Of a DNA stretch of 64,000 nucleotides, positions 11,470 through 23,819 are shown piece by piece. Location of the stretch: positions 54,312,001-54,376,000 of the forward strand of contig NC_043013.1 of the NCBI RefSeq assembly GCF_006345805.1. The letters are read 5' to 3'. The position numbers and the translations under genes were made by a program. How positions within the stretch are numbered: position 1 is the first letter of the stretch; every line of letters begins with the position of its first letter. The notes beneath the pieces were generated by a model. That model was given only the letters and a program-made list of their open reading frames with translations, was not told where the DNA came from and did not search any database. Source of the stretch: Octopus sinensis. Lineage: Eukaryota.

Positions 11470-11858
11470 ATTCTTTCACTTGTTTTAGTCATTTTGACTA
11501 TGGTCATGCTGGAGCACTGTCTTTTTGTTGAAGAAATTTACCCAAGGACTTATTCTTTGTAAGCCTGGTAATTATTCTGTTGGTCTCTTTTGCCAAACTG
11601 CTAAGTTACGAGGATGTAAACACACCAGCATCAGTTGTCACATGATGGACAGGGAACAAATTCAGACACAAACACACCCATATGTATTTATATATATATA
11701 TACACAACGGGCTTCTTTCAGTTTCCATCTGCCAAATCCATTCACAAGGCTTTGGTAGGCCTGAGGCTATAGTAGAAGACACTTGCCCAAGATGCCATGA
11801 AGTGGGACTGAACCCCGAACCATGTGTTTGAGAAAGAAGCACCGTACCATGCCTGTGC
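11470..11858 (-). mobile_element. Full-length CORE-type SINE family B (OR2-like)
   Basis: Minus strand GGTTCAGTCCCACT, ggcatcttgggcaagtgtcttct (CORE-like), tail gctccagcatgacc..agtcaaaatgactaaaacaag. Confidence 0.9.
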
Positions 11859-11861
11859 TTT

Positions 11862-11917
<56 letters not shown>

Positions 11918-11944
11918 GATATATATTATATATATATATATATA

Positions 11945-12193
11945 GCACTAAAGCACTATCCGACTTGTGGCCGATGCCAGCGCCGCCTCCACTGGCTTCC
12001 ATGCCGGTGGCACGTAAAAAGCACCCACTACACTCACGGAGTGGTTGGCGTTAGGAAGGGCATCCAGCTGTAGAAACACTGCCAGATAAGACTGGAGCCT
12101 GGTGCAGCCTTCTGGCTTCCCAGATCCCCGGTCGAACCGTCCAACCCATGCTAGCATGGAGAACGGACGTTAAACGATGATGATGATGATGAT
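11945..12193 (+). mobile_element. Young RTE 3' tail family E with (GAT)n tail
   Basis: gttggcgttaggaagggcatccagc...ccatgctagcatggagaacggacgttaaacgatgatgatg; many CpGs retained; embedded in (TA)n. Confidence 0.9.
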
Positions 12194-12210
12194 ATATATA
12201 TATTATATAT

Positions 12211-12440
12211 ATCATCATCATTGTCATTTAACATCCACTTTCCATGCTAGCAAGGGTAGTACTGTTTGACTGAGGACTGACAAGCCAGGAGGTTGCACCA
12301 TGCTCCAGTCAGACGTGGTAAGGCTTTTACAGCTGGATGCCCTTCCTAATGCCAACCACTCAGGGAGTGTAGTGGGTGCTTTTTACATAACGCCATTATG
12401 GGAGCCAGTCAGGCGGCATTAGCATCGGCAATGCTTGACT
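12211..12440 (-). mobile_element. RTE 3' tail family E, inverted relative to the preceding copy
   Basis: catcatc...tttccatgctagc...ggatgcccttcctaatgccaaccact. Confidence 0.88.
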
Positions 12441-12616
12441 ACATGTATATATATAGACCAAAGTAATAATTATATATATAAATTATATAATGGAACATAT
12501 ATAATTACATAATATATATATATAATTATTATTTTAGTATAATTTAACCACAAGGTTTTATAGCATGCTGTTCACTTGATATTATCATTTACATGATTTT
12601 ATCCTTGTTGATATAT

Positions 12617-12647
<31 letters not shown>

Positions 12648-12649
<2 letters not shown>

Positions 12650-12800
12650 CATCATCATCATCATCGTTTAGCGTCCGCTTTCCATGCTAGCATGGGTTGG
12701 ACGGGTCAACTGGGGTCTGTGAAGCTGGAAGGCTTCGTCAGGCCCAGTCAGATCTGGCAGTGTTTCTACGGCTGGATGCCCTTCCTAATGCCCTTCCTAT
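12648..12800 (-). mobile_element. Truncated RTE 3' tail family E
   Basis: catcatcgtttagcgtccgctttccatgctagc...ggatgcccttcctaatgcccttcct. Confidence 0.88.
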
Positions 12801-12844
12801 ACATATATATATTATATATATATATATACATATATATATATAGT

Positions 12845-12990
12845 TAATCCAAACAAGAAAGCACAAAAAAACACAACGCAAGGACGTGGAACAAATATAG
12901 TATTATTGGATGCTCAGTAAAGAAGGAGGGTTTAACGTTTCGAGTGGAGCTCTTCGTCAGAAACATAGGAGAAGGAAAGATCCAGAGAAT
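12845..12990 (-). mobile_element. Penelope-like element terminal fragment carrying a hammerhead
   Basis: Homologous to 46980-47110; contains CTGACGA...GAAACGTT. Confidence 0.65.
12930..12964 (-). ncRNA. Minimal type I hammerhead ribozyme motif, intact core
   Basis: Minus strand GUUU-CUGACGA-A-GAG-cucca-CUC-GAAA-C-GU-U-AAAC: stem I GUUU/AAAC, stem II GAG/CUC, palindromic ACGU stem III, GUU triplet. Activity untested. Confidence 0.7.
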
Positions 12991-12993
12991 ATA

Positions 12994-13039
<46 letters not shown>

Positions 13040-13047
13040 TATATACG

Positions 13048-13079
<32 letters not shown>

Positions 13080-14620
13080 TATATGTATGTATATATATAT
13101 ATGTGTATGTGTACATGTATGTATGTGCATGTCTTTCTTTGTCCCCACACTGGTGTTTGTTTGTGTCCTCATAACTTATTGATTTGTGATGGGAAACTAA
13201 CAGAATAAGGGCACTGGACATAAAATAAATAAACGCTAAGGTCAAGTTGCTTGATTAAACTCTTCAAGATGTGCTGCTCCAGCATGGCTGCTTTCTAGTG
13301 ATTGAAACAAATGGAAGACTTTACCTGAAGACAATTTTCAAATGTAAACTACATATAGTTAAAATAATCTAAGGAAGACTAACACAACTTTTGGTTACAT
13401 TAACAGATTTTGTCATCTTAGAAATGGTAAAAATATTCTTTGCACAAACTTTCACTTTTAAGTAGCAAACTCTTAAAGAATGCTAGAATATTCTATTTAC
13501 ATGCAGCAATACTGTTAGGTGACTAGTAACATCTTCATTTGTATCATAAGGTTCATTAAAACATTAAGCCAAAAATAATTTTTGAAATATCAATATCAAC
13601 TAAGTGAATTTGTTATTAGATTTCAAAAGTTTAGAATAAAATCAACAAATACAAAATAAAATGGATTTGAAATTTTATTAATTCTGATGATGCCTAAAAT
13701 TACTTAGATGAAAATATATTGAATAATAATCTAAAATTCAAATAAATATTGCTTCCTTACAGTTGAGATGGCTTAAAGGCCAAATCTAAAAGTAAATTTC
13801 CATATGTTGCAATATGAAATGGCTAAGATAGGATTACTGAATGTATATTTTTGACTGACAAGAAAATAAGATTCTTGAAAGCTAAGTTTAACTTAACGGT
13901 GTAAATAAAAAAAAAGAAAGACAAAGCAAAAAATGAAAGTAGATATATTCCTAAATCCTATGTGATTATTTTGGGATGTGTGAAAAGAAATATATAGTTT
14001 ATAGTAAAATATCAAAAGAATATAAATTTTTATTTTCAATGCTAACGTCTGAATGCAGGTTTTACATTTTATTTGACCCTTCAGCAATTGAAAACAAGAG
14101 AAAATAACAATTGGCTTGCAGCTATTGAAATATTTTCTTCATTATTAATATTTTATAGAAGAGATTCCTTCAGGCCTATTTGCTGCACCTATTTTAGCAA
14201 GCAGCTTGCTTTACCAAAATGTAAAAAAAAAAAGAAAGGAAAAAAAAACTACTAATAATAAAGAAGTGTAAGAAAGCTTTATATTACCATTATTGATTCT
14301 ATTCCACTTGAAGAGATGAAGAATATAATCATATGAATGAATAGACTAGAAATAGTAGGTATTCTTGTACAAAATAGTTATTATTTCTGTCTTTATTGAC
14401 ATATGTTGTTATCTTATGATTTCATGACTTGAAATGAAATGCATTGATGCAAAATTTTTTAGATTCCTGACACATCGTAACAAATGAAGCATTTTTTGTG
14501 TGTGTTTAGTTTGTGTTTTCTTTTTTGTTGTTGCTGTTGTTGTATAAAGTTTTTCGAGTTAATGTGAGGGGAACATTAGCTCCATATTGTATTTTGAAAA
14601 CAATTCACGAGTTACACCAC

Positions 14621-14688
<68 letters not shown>

Positions 14689-14881
14689 CTTCATAGATTG
14701 AGAGCTGTCATGTAATTTTAATGTTCACCTCCTACACACATAATAGGTGAGAGGATATCAATTGTGATTTTGATAGTAATTGAAGTGTGGAGCAGATAAA
14801 CAGCAAGATCAATTCAAGGTGACACTTTATTTATTCATTATATCTTAGAAAATCGAACAGAAATGGTATAATCAATTCCAC

Positions 14882-14937
<56 letters not shown>

Positions 14938-15069
14938 ATATTACTATTCATTTGATATGTCATTAATGGTAATACATCAATTGAAAAAAGAAAATCCAGG
15001 TCAAAAAGCTACTTATGTAATGCTTTTATCTTAAGCTGTGTGATAGACGGGATACGATGTAGATGTGTC

Positions 15070-15200
15070 ATGACATATTTTCAGGTATGTAAGGTACATC
15101 ACAGTGCTTTTAATATCAGATATTTTCAGATAGACAGGGTACATCACATACCTGATACACTTATATATTTTCAGATAGATGGGGTATATACCAGAGCTGA
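15070..15200. repeat. Degenerate minisatellite, period about 45 bp
   Basis: ATATTTTCAG(G/A)TA...GGTA(C/T)AT recurs near 15075, 15120 and 15165. Confidence 0.6.
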
Positions 15201-16116
15201 TAGTATCACACTTTCTCAACTCTGTATTGTAAAGAAATGTTGCACTGTCACACATTTTCAGCTCAGCAGAGGTAATATTATGGAGTAAGTTCACTCTAGC
15301 TAATCAAATAACATTTGTTTTAGTTCCCACCCTTAAAAAAAAGACAGTAAGATTAGAAGACTTATTCAATTTCTTCTGAAGGAACTCTAAAAAAAAAAAA
15401 TGTAAAAGAAGGCATTTTTGAAATCATCTTACAGCTTTATTAGGTTCTACAGCCAAATTCAGATAATCAAGTGCTTGGTGACATTTTGTGAAACACTCCT
15501 TAATACATACTTAGACATTTCCGTAAAAGACATTTCTCCTTAAAAGTCTATTAAAGAGAAATAAGGTAACAAGATGCAATTCTCTAAGTGTACTGGCTCA
15601 AGTGTCTCTAAAGGTAATAAAGCAACAATAGAAATAAGATAGGCAAGTAGATAAAAAATGAAACTTTCTAGTCATTGGTTGTGAGTTCAAACCTGCTACT
15701 TGTGCTTCACTGTGTTCCTAGTCACAATATTTTATTCTATATTGCTTCTATGTTATATAACATAGAATTGCCATGAAATGAAAAGGCATAAAATAAATAT
15801 AATTTAAACCTAATTTACATGAAATATGACGTAGACAGCAATCAATAAAAGTAATGAGTAATAAGGTAACTGGCTAATAACTTTATAGACAAGCGTCATA
15901 TACATGCACACATACATACATTCATATGTCTGCACATATATACTGATATATATTCACTCGTACAGATGCATTTGTACAGAAGCACACTAACTTACATATA
16001 CATTCATATATGTATGCACATGTATACATTGGCACACATATGTTATACATACGTGTGCATATATTTACATTTATACACACAAACATTCATTTATGCATAT
16101 ATATATATATTAAAGA

Positions 16117-16290
16117 TCATCATCATCATCATCATCATTTAATTTCTGTTTTCTATGCTGGCATGGGTTGGATGGTTTGAGAGGAGTTCTATTGATTTGT
16201 CATGGTTTCTACAATTGGATGCCCTTCCTAATGCCAACCAGATTACAGACAGTACTGGGTGTTTCTTACATGGCAGCAGTACTGACAGAG
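16117..16290 (-). mobile_element. RTE 3' tail family E
   Basis: (CAT)n...atgctggcatgggttggatggtttga...ggatgcccttcctaatgccaacca. Confidence 0.85.
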
Positions 16291-16309
16291 ATACCAATTA
16301 CAAGACAAG

Positions 16310-16346
<37 letters not shown>

Positions 16347-16439
16347 CACACCTCTACATACATATGCACCTTATTACAGACATCATTCATATATTTTCAC
16401 ACATTCATGCATATCAAGGAAAGCCACTTTTCATCAGAT

Positions 16440-16830
16440 CCTAAGATTTTAAGTCTTCTTTTAGTAAATTAAGTCTTCAGACTGTAGAATATTCTTATGA
16501 ATTCTTCTTTACAGCTCTTCAGCAAGTTTTGCCAGGAAGAACAAGTTGTTAACATAAAGTAGTTCTCAGGGTCTTTGAGATATGCACCTGTGCAGTAATT
16601 CTTCAATAATTATAACCAATAAACGAAGACTAAGAATTTAAACATAGTGCCTTGAATTCTTCACAGAATTTTCTAACCATCTTTATTTTTCTTACTGTAT
16701 CCTCATACATGGCAGGACTGGCTCTCGTATAAGCCTCTCATTGATATTGGACTTTCTCAACATGCACCAGTCCTCAGAATGTTGTTGTTCTTAAAGCCAA
16801 TTCTTGTCCACTAGTGGCTTTGTGAACACA
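16440..16830 (-). pseudogene. Decayed RTE reverse transcriptase fragment
   Basis: WCMLRKSNINERLIR, AMYEDT...CEEFK and P*ELLYVNNLFFLAKLAEEL correspond to WWALRKLGVEEWLVR, AMY...SEEF and PWELLYADDLVLMAE..EEL; YADD-equivalent at 16545-16556. Same strand as the E tail downstream. Confidence 0.72.
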
Positions 16831-17499
16831 TTTCTTGCATTAGTAGCTTTGGAATGTGAAGATTTTGCAATGTTAGAAATAATGTAAAGCTAATGGTAGT
16901 TCTTGCTTTAACACTGAATTGGTCGGCTTGTTTGTTCTTTCTGTGTAATAAATTAGCTATCAGCAATTTTATCAAAGTCTATCTTGGTTACTGAATAGAA
17001 GTGCATTGGGCTGATGAGGCTTACGCACACACACACACACACACACACAATGACTTATGGGATATAGCCAAAGATTTTAGCTGTCACCATATTCATAAAT
17101 TAATTAGACAATTCAATCAAATTAACTAGTTTCATGCAATAGACACACACACACATCTATATATATATATGAGTATACACACTCATGTATCTGTACATAT
17201 GTATGTGCATTTATATGTGTGAATATTTGTGTGCATCTATGTAATTATGTGTGTGTATATATGTCTCTATATGTATATTTGTGTTTATGTATTACATAAT
17301 TGTATGTTGTGAGAAACAGTTGTTTTAGCATACACACTGCAATCAACTCTGATAAATGAGCAAAATAGCCATTTTTATGAGGGATTCATATGAAGTACTT
17401 TGATGACTGATTTTGGTCATCATGAAGGGTGACAGAGTCTCATATCAGGGCAGACAAAGCTGGCTTTGTGTGCATTTGGAGCAGAACAAGGGGTTAACA

Positions 17500-18060
17500 A
17501 CAAGTGAGCTTAGGAAATAAATTCTTTTGAATTGTCAGAAAGATCCATAGAAATAGCTGAAAGTATGCTACCCAAAATAAGACCGGTGCAGGCATGTGTG
17601 CAAATAAAGTCCAGGGAGTTATTTTTGCTAGTTACAAGGATGTCTCTTGGTGAAGAATAGATTGAGCCGTGTTTGTCTCTGGAGTTACAATGTTACATAG
17701 AAGTAAAACATGTGACATTGACAGCAGAGGCTGGAAAGAAAAGAGATGAATGTGTAATGTTAGTTGGTGTGAATAACGGAGCACAAATGAGCTGAGTGAA
17801 AACCTAGGGCAGATATGTGAGGAATCAAATGTGGTATGCAAAAGAGGAGACTGTGTTAGTATAGACATAGGATGTATAAAGAGGTTGACCATTGTATAAA
17901 GACATGTTTTTGTTCCTAGAGGATGCAATATGTGGAAGGGGAAGACTTGTTGGAAACTGATCCCAAGATGTTGGATCTCACAATGGAGTTAATGAATGAA
18001 TGATGCATGGCAAGATGCAGTGTTTGAGAAAAGTTGTCTAATTCTTGCAAGTCTGTACAT
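17500..18060 (+). pseudogene. Decayed RTE ORF C-terminal fragment
   Basis: KSRELFLLVTRMSL and GIKCGMQKRRLC*YRHRM...CIKTC correspond to the RTE C-terminus; same region as 1-470. Confidence 0.8.
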
Positions 18061-18146
18061 ATTAGTTTGAGTTACATGTAGCAGATTTGAAACTGAATCG
18101 ACAAATTGCCAAGTAAAAGCAATGGCTTAGTAATTGCCATTTCATG

Positions 18147-18270
18147 TGATTGGCTGATTAAACGACCAATCAGTATTGAGAGATCACAGGATGCAATCTT
18201 CTTGAATCTTCTAGAATGTCTCCTAATGAGGCTTATAAGCAGGCATGTTTTGGGTGCCAAGTTTCAGATT
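18147..18270 (+). promoter_or_regulatory. Candidate heat-shock-type Pol II promoter module
   Basis: ATTGG 18149-18153, CCAAT 18166-18170, cTTCt-tGAAt-cTTCt-aGAAt 18198-18217, TATAAG 18234-18239, TCAGATT 18264-18270. Confidence 0.4.
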
Positions 18271-18585
18271 GTGGAGAATCGCTGCCATGCAAACTACATT
18301 CTCACTTTGCAGCATTTAACTCTCATTCTAACAACTCGTTATCAACAGAGCAGACATCATGATCCAGGGTGATATACTTTCTCTTGTTTTTTTTTTCAGA
18401 TCTCAACTGAATATTTTGTAATAACTACAGAATTGTCCTTCCAGTGTGTAAACTTGTTTTTTTAATTCAAGACCAACTTGGAAAATGTTTGATGTGGTTT
18501 TGCAATAAAGAGATCTTGCCCTGGCATAAGGAGTGTCTTTGCAGATGTTGATGCATGGCTAACTCTGAATAATAGTGGCCTTAGG

Positions 18586-18653
<68 letters not shown>

Positions 18654-19334
18654 TTACTAATGTGCAAAAGTGTTGTAAGTCCAAAATGTTGTTTTATCAG
18701 GAAATGGAAAAATAGTTTCACCATTCCATAGCAAAACCGTTGTACTACACTTTGACAGTTTTTGATATCTTGGCATCTGAAGCAGCTGGATATACGACAG
18801 TTTGACCAAAAGAACCGGCTATTGCAAGCAAAAATAAATATTGAAAAAAAAAAAAGCATTTGGTCAAATTTGGACATACAATTTAACATAATGGCAAAGA
18901 TACACACACACACATACATACATGCTTGTTTGTTGATGTGTGTGTGTATATAATGTCTATGTGTGTATATGTACGAATATATGCAATGTATATGTGTGTG
19001 TGTGTATAAGATAGAGAAAGCAATTAAATCAGAGATCCTATTGCTGGGGTGTGGCAGCATCTTTCTGTTTATTAGCAAAAACACAAACAACCCATTACTT
19101 ATATTCTCCGCTCTTCAGTGCTCTACCAGCTGCCAGGTTATATTTACACTTAAATATCAACCTGTCTACCACACAGTGTGCGTCTAGATTAAATCTAAAC
19201 TTTTCTTGAGTCTTGTTATATAATTTTTCTATTTTGTACTCTATTTCAAATTCCAGAGAATATATACCATATGAAATATGCCCTCAATTTCAAAATATTT
19301 CTTACTCAAACTATTCACATATATATCTATATAG

Positions 19335-19391
19335 GTATTATATATATATATATATGTATGCATACACATGTGTGTTACATGCATACATGTG

Positions 19392-19460
<69 letters not shown>

Positions 19461-19490
19461 ATATACACATATATATATGTATGTAACATA

Positions 19491-19521
<31 letters not shown>

Positions 19522-19706
19522 GTAACATATATGTGTGTGTGTATATATATATGTGTGTGTGTGTGTGTATATTTATATACACACACCTATATTTATGTAT
19601 TATGTGTGCATAGACGTGTATATACATATATATACACACATTCACATGTGTGTGTTTGTATAGATATGTATATAGACACATACACACATTCACATGTATA
19701 TATGTA

Positions 19707-19760
<54 letters not shown>
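19335..19760. repeat. Compound (TA)n/(TG)n/(CA)n microsatellite
   Basis: Directly visible. Confidence 0.97.
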
Positions 19761-19761
<1 letters not shown>

Positions 19762-20279
19762 TTACCTGTTTTATTCAGACCATCTTACCTTGTTTCTCTG
19801 CTTATATTTTTATGTAATCAATGAACTGTGAGAAATGATATATGAGAATGTGTAGATCAAACATTATATTGTGACAGCTGGTTGATTTAGAAGGAACTGA
19901 TGTGAAACTAATTCGTGGGAGGGGGGCAGGAGAAAAATATATCTAGTTTCCAAGAATGCTATCATGCAAAAGAACACCTTCTGATAACAGAGTTTACAAT
20001 GAAAATAATCTATAGTTGTTACCGTTGTATATATATATAATATATATATATATAGAGAGAGAGAGAGAGTACATGATTGTCAGGCAAATATTGCCAATCA
20101 TATTATGCTGTATTACAAAGGCACTGCAATTTTTTTTTTTTTCTGCTTTAGTTTTCTCTATATTTTGTGATTTCTCAACAAATTGTCATTTAGTTTTACT
20201 TTGTTTACTTTTAACCCAAATTGGTTTGAAATATTTTTTTTTCCTTTATATACGCACATAGACACACATATTTCATTGT

Positions 20280-20500
20280 CGTCATCATCATCATCACCAT
20301 TGTTTTAGTGTCCAGTTTCCCATGCTTGCATGGGTCAGATGGAGTTCATTAAGGCAAACTTTCTATGGCCTAATGCCTTTCTTCTTGCCAGCCCTTACCT
20401 GTTTTCAAATAAGGTAATATTTCTACATGGCTGGATATGTTTCCTTGGAAAACTGAAAATAAAGGACACTGCTCGTATGATGTTGGCAATCTTGCTTCCA
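20280..20500 (-). mobile_element. RTE-type tail, variant E2
   Basis: (CAT)n..ccatgcttgcatgggtcaga..ttgccagcccttacctg; homologous to 53290-53530 and 22940-23115. Confidence 0.65.
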
Positions 20501-20679
20501 GTTATCACATATTATTAAGATAAGGTGATGCACATGTGCGCCCCCCCTACTAAATGCTGGTATTTTGAACTCATTTAACATGCTTGTTTCAGGTTTGCAT
20601 AATATATAATAGAAAATGCATCCATTACATAAACCTTCCTCAGTTAAAGCGTTTCAAAGATGCATATGTATGATAGGTT

Positions 20680-20830
20680 TCTTTCAGTTTCTCTTTAATA
20701 GTTCCACTCAAAAGGCTTTGGACAGCCCACGGCTATAGTAGAAAAGATTTGCTTTAGACACTGTGCTGTAGGGCTGGACCCAAAACTGTGTAGTCAGTCA
20801 GTATACTGCTTAACCATACAGCCATGCTCA
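20680..20830 (-). mobile_element. SINE family B 5' part
   Basis: ttccactcaaaaggctttgg..gctatagtagaaaag...ttaaccatacagccatgc. Confidence 0.7.
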
Positions 20831-22334
20831 TCTGGATGTATGTATGTGTATATGTATGTCATCATAATCATTCTGTCCACTTCTGTGATGAAAGAAAGTA
20901 GCACTCTACACATTTAGTAGGAATTGAAGTATTTCATAACGGATTTGTTTAAAGTTTCATAGGCATAGATACTTGTCTACATCCTCAGATGTATGCAGTC
21001 AGTGCTACAAAGGAATATTTTAACATGACTTCTGGGTGAGAATGCTTGGACTTCCATTGGTCAGTTGAATACCCTAGCAACATATTGAAGCCAGCTACAT
21101 GTACATATGTCCCTTGAATTAGAAGAGACAGCTTGTAAGTGTCATACGGATATTTCTTCTACACTGAGTTACAGACACTTGTTATTCTCACCATCATATA
21201 ATGGACAGCCCATTAGAAACCTGTAGCCAATGATACTTTTTAATAGTTTCAAAATAAAACTGAAATTAATTAGTAATTGGCTTGATCCCTTTATGTTAAT
21301 CAAATGAATTGATCCTGTAAAATATTTTCATTTCCTAAATACAAAACCAGATTCCATAACCATACACCTTGTTTTCTGTTATTTGCTTTCCTTGTGGTCC
21401 AACAAATGACAAATTATTTGTTTGATAACATTAAATGTACACATGTGAAAGCAACACCTCATAAAAATCTTCTTCACAGATTCAGAAAGTAGCTCTCACT
21501 AATAGCTTTATAAGATCATTCCAAAACTACCTTTTTATAAATCTTTTCAGTCAGTAAACGAAGACATTTAACTTGCAGTAAATAAAAGAAACAAAAACCT
21601 CGTATAGATAAATTATTACTATGGAATAACGAAATAGCATTTATTAAAATCCATTTAGAAAACTGAAGTATTTTTCATCAAATGCAATCAGTTATGAAAT
21701 ATGTTTCCTGATTATTTATAAGACATTTAGGAAAATACAAAATTATAAAGCTTTATCTTATATGAATTGTTGTACAGTTATCAACAGAGTTGAGAGGAAT
21801 ATGTAGGCAATTTTAAGAGCCTGGAGATGACAATAACAATCACTTATCATTAAGTATGCATTGCCTTGTTTTGTTTTTTTACTTATGTTTTTCTTTAATT
21901 TGATATGTTGCATTTGTGGGCATTGTTGCTTATAAACCAATCACGGCTTCATCATAATTTACAAACAATTTCTTGTCAAAGTTTAATTCTTTTGTTACTG
22001 TATTGCTATTGAGATCTTTGTTTCAATTAAATTTAAACTAACAAAGAATTTAGTAAAATAACTTTGTCAGTATTAAGCTATTTGTAACAAATTAACTTCA
22101 TATTTTACTTGAAGGCTTTAATTTACAACACTTTAAAACAAGAGATTTACATCATAGAACCTGGTGCAATTTCAGATGGTTTAGTGCAAAAACAGTTAAT
22201 CTGTTGGTGATGTACATACACACATATAGAATGGGTATTGCCCAACACAGAGACTATTGTAGGAAAGTACTTCCGCAAGCTGTGGTGCTGTGGGATCAAA
22301 ACCAGAGTTGCAAGTGGACATTTTAACAATATAT

Positions 22335-22708
22335 AAGCACAGGAGTGGTTGTGTGGTAAGAAGCCTGCTTCCCAACCTCATGGTTCTGGGTTCAGTCCCA
22401 CTGCATGGCACCTTGGGCAAGTGTCTTCAACTATAGCCTTGGGCTGACCAAAGCCTTGTGAGTGGATTTGGCAGATGGAAACTGAAAGAAGCCCGTCGTG
22501 TATATACATATGTGTGTCTATGTTTGTTTCCCCACCATTGCTTGACAACCATTTACACCCCCATAACTTAGCAGTTCAGCAAAAGAGACCGATAGATTAA
22601 GTACTAAGCTTACAAAGAATAAGTCCTGGGGTTGATTTGTTCAACTAAAGTCAGTGCTTCAACATGGCCACAGTCAAATGACTGAAACAAGCGAACGAAT
22701 AAAAGAAC
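22335..22708 (+). mobile_element. Full-length CORE-type SINE family B
   Basis: B box GGTTCAGTCCC, ggcaccttgggcaagtgtcttc, tail catggccacagtcaaatgactgaaacaag. Confidence 0.92.
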
Positions 22709-22774
22709 CCATGAGACAATGGTTTAATGCACTAATTTTTGCATCAAAATCTATAAATCAGCAAATAAAAGACA

Positions 22775-23115
22775 GGTGTAGCAGTCTGCTTCCCAACTGC
22801 ATGCTTTTCAATTCAGTCTCACTGCATGGTACCTTGGACAAATGCCAACCAATACTTTGTGAATAGATATGATAGATGGAAACTGGAAGAAGCCTATCAG
22901 GTATGTGTGTGTGTGTCTCCTTGTCTTGCATAATAGTTGTGAGTATCACTGTTATACAAGCAGTGTCATTTCATTTCTGATCCTGGCCATGGAGAAATCT
23001 GGGAAAAGGTGAGGGTTGCTGCCAGAAAAAGACATCCGGCTGTTGAAAATCTGCTTCAATTAGCTCTGGCTGACTTGGGCAACCATGGAACAATGTATGT
23101 TAAAAGGATGAGGAT
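22775..23115 (+). mobile_element. Decayed SINE B 5' half followed by an E2 tail fragment
   Basis: ctgcttcccaact..ctgcatggtaccttggacaaatg then ggttgctgccagaaaaagacatccggctgt. Confidence 0.6.
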
Positions 23116-23819
23116 AACAACAACAAACAGGAAATACTGTGAAAGAAAAACTAAAATCTTTTTAAATAATATATGTCGGTAACTATGAAAGTGTATTTAT
23201 TAAAAGTGGAAGTAACTTTAGATTCTTGAAGCAGTTTTGAGAATAAACTAAATCACTGTAAACTACATTGTGAAAAAAATGTATAAACAAAATCTACAAG
23301 AAAAATATAAAATGGATTAGATTGTGTAGATAATAGAAAATAAACGTGAGACTGTGTCAACAGCAACATATATATTTAGATTGAAAAGGCAGCTGACCTG
23401 CAAATAAATAGCAGAGTTGATCTAGGGGAGTCAAATAACAGACAGAATTTCTAAAATCAACAGCTGATATCAGCAACTGTGGCAAATTAGAGTTGTCAAG
23501 ATTTTTAATGTGTGCCTGCGTGTGTGTGCTTTGTATATCCTTTTAGATATAAGTATACAAATGTAGGTATACCTTGCCCCAACATGCATGCATGAATATA
23601 TACCTATATAAAAAACATGTATGCGTATATATAACTATATATGCTAGATGCATTAATGTGCACATGTGTACATTTATGTTATACACAAATACACACACTC
23701 AGATGTTTATATGCTTGTGTGTATGTACACACACATGCATACACATGCATACACAACAGATTCCTGGAGCAGCATTGTGAGACTCATTTCAGTTCCAGAC
23801 AGTTAAAAAGGATTTCACA

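Noticed and set aside
18655-18895. Possible Tc1-like MITE (ttgtaagtccaaa versus ttgtatgtccaaa inverted)
   Set aside because: Match is short, ends and TSD cannot be defined.
19213-19824. Long ORFs rich in YI/CV/HT dipeptides (also 11742-12073, 12910-13245, 48622-48950, 57467-57934, 62550-63228) and poly-I or poly-L ORFs
   Set aside because: Translations of TA, TG, CA and AAT microsatellites; open in several frames on both strands.
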